The notes under the pieces: model-generated
The model's input: only the letters and a program-made list of their open reading frames with translations
What the model was told of the DNA's origin: nothing
The model's database searches: none
Position numbers and translations under genes: made by a program
Assembly: GCF_004010195.1 (NCBI RefSeq)
Contig: NC_057760.1
Coordinates: 2,611,176 to 2,631,175 of the forward strand
Direction of reading: 5' to 3'
Origin: Chiloscyllium plagiosum
Lineage: Eukaryota
DNA: 20,000 nt
Shown here: in pieces, positions 19,371 through 20,000 of the stretch
How the letters are laid out: the number at the start of each line of letters is the position of its first letter
Position numbering within the stretch: position 1 is the stretch's first letter

Positions 19371-20000
19371 ATAGAGTCATAGAGATGTACAGCAAGGAAA
19401 CAGACCCTTTGGTCCAACCCGTCCATGCTAACCAGAGATCCCAAACCAATCTCGTCCCACCTGCCAGCACCCAGCCCATATCCCTCCAAATCCTTCCTAT
19501 TCATATACCCATCCAAATGCCTCTTAAATGTTGCCATTGTACCAGCCTCCACCACATCCTCTGGCAGCTCATTCCATACACGTACCACCCTCTGTGAAAA
19601 CGTTACCCCTTGGGTCTTTTTTATATCTTTCTCCTCCCATCTTAAACCTGTGCTCTCTAGTTCTGGACTCCTAGCCTCTGCAGAAAGATTTTGGTTGGTT
19701 ATCCTATCCATGCCCCTCATGATTTTGTAAATCTCTATAAGGTCACCCCTCAGCCTCCGACGCTCCAGGGAAAGGAGCCCCAGACTGTTCAGCCTCTCCC
19801 TGTAGCTCAAATCCTCCAACCCTGGCAACATCCTTGTAAATCTTTTCTGAACCCTGTCAAGTTTCACAACATCTTTCCGATGGGAAGGAGATCAGAATTG
19901 CACGCAATATTCCAACAGTGGCCTAACCAATGTCCTGTACAGCCGCAACATGACCTCCCAACTCCTGTACTCAATACTCTGACCAATAAAGGAAAGCATA
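19371..20000 (-). mobile_element. Comparatively young HER1-type CR1 LINE (family A) 3' end, running off the window; ORF2 pseudogenised
   Basis: ORF 19211-19867 KLDRVQKRFTRMLPGLEDLSYRERL...FSQRVVRVWNELPEDVVEA. Tail 'gggtctgtttccttgctgtacatctctatgactctat'. In-frame TGA replacing Trp at 19894-19892. Confidence 0.95.

Noticed and set aside
19211..19867. 218 aa ORF as a functional gene
   Set aside because: It is a CR1 ORF2 C-terminus with an upstream in-frame stop (19894-19892), an apparently off-frame middle stretch, and read-through past the usual stop into flanking repeat.
1..20000. CRISPR array, operon, or viral/bacterial insert
   Set aside because: No regularly spaced repeats and no long, dense ORFs. 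Composition and repeat content are consistently vertebrate.

Overview
Vertebrate nuclear DNA, almost certainly a shark or ray (elasmobranch): it carries HE1/V-SINE-type SINEs and HER1-type CR1 LINEs. I see no supportable protein-coding gene, RNA gene, CRISPR array or prokaryotic feature. Every recognisable ORF is a decayed piece of non-LTR retrotransposon ORF2. The + strand looks T/G-rich by eye, so the window is probably inside a long intron of a + strand gene (inference). A large share of the window is mobile-element debris: at least three CR1-group LINE families (my labels A, B, C), two SINE types, one pogo/Tigger-type MITE and two Penelope-type terminal remnants. Family assignments rest on my recall of consensus sequences plus copy-to-copy matches inside the window, not on a database search. 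The most unusual structures are an old ~550 bp fold-back duplication with a perfect 24 bp palindromic centre (6185-6730), a 628 bp TA-flanked MITE splitting a LINE (6912-7539), a three-level LINE nest with a duplicated 5' junction (150-2045), a recent 123 bp tandem duplication, and decayed hammerhead-like Penelope ends. I cannot support a claim of a new biological system. Regulatory and small-exon candidates are low confidence.
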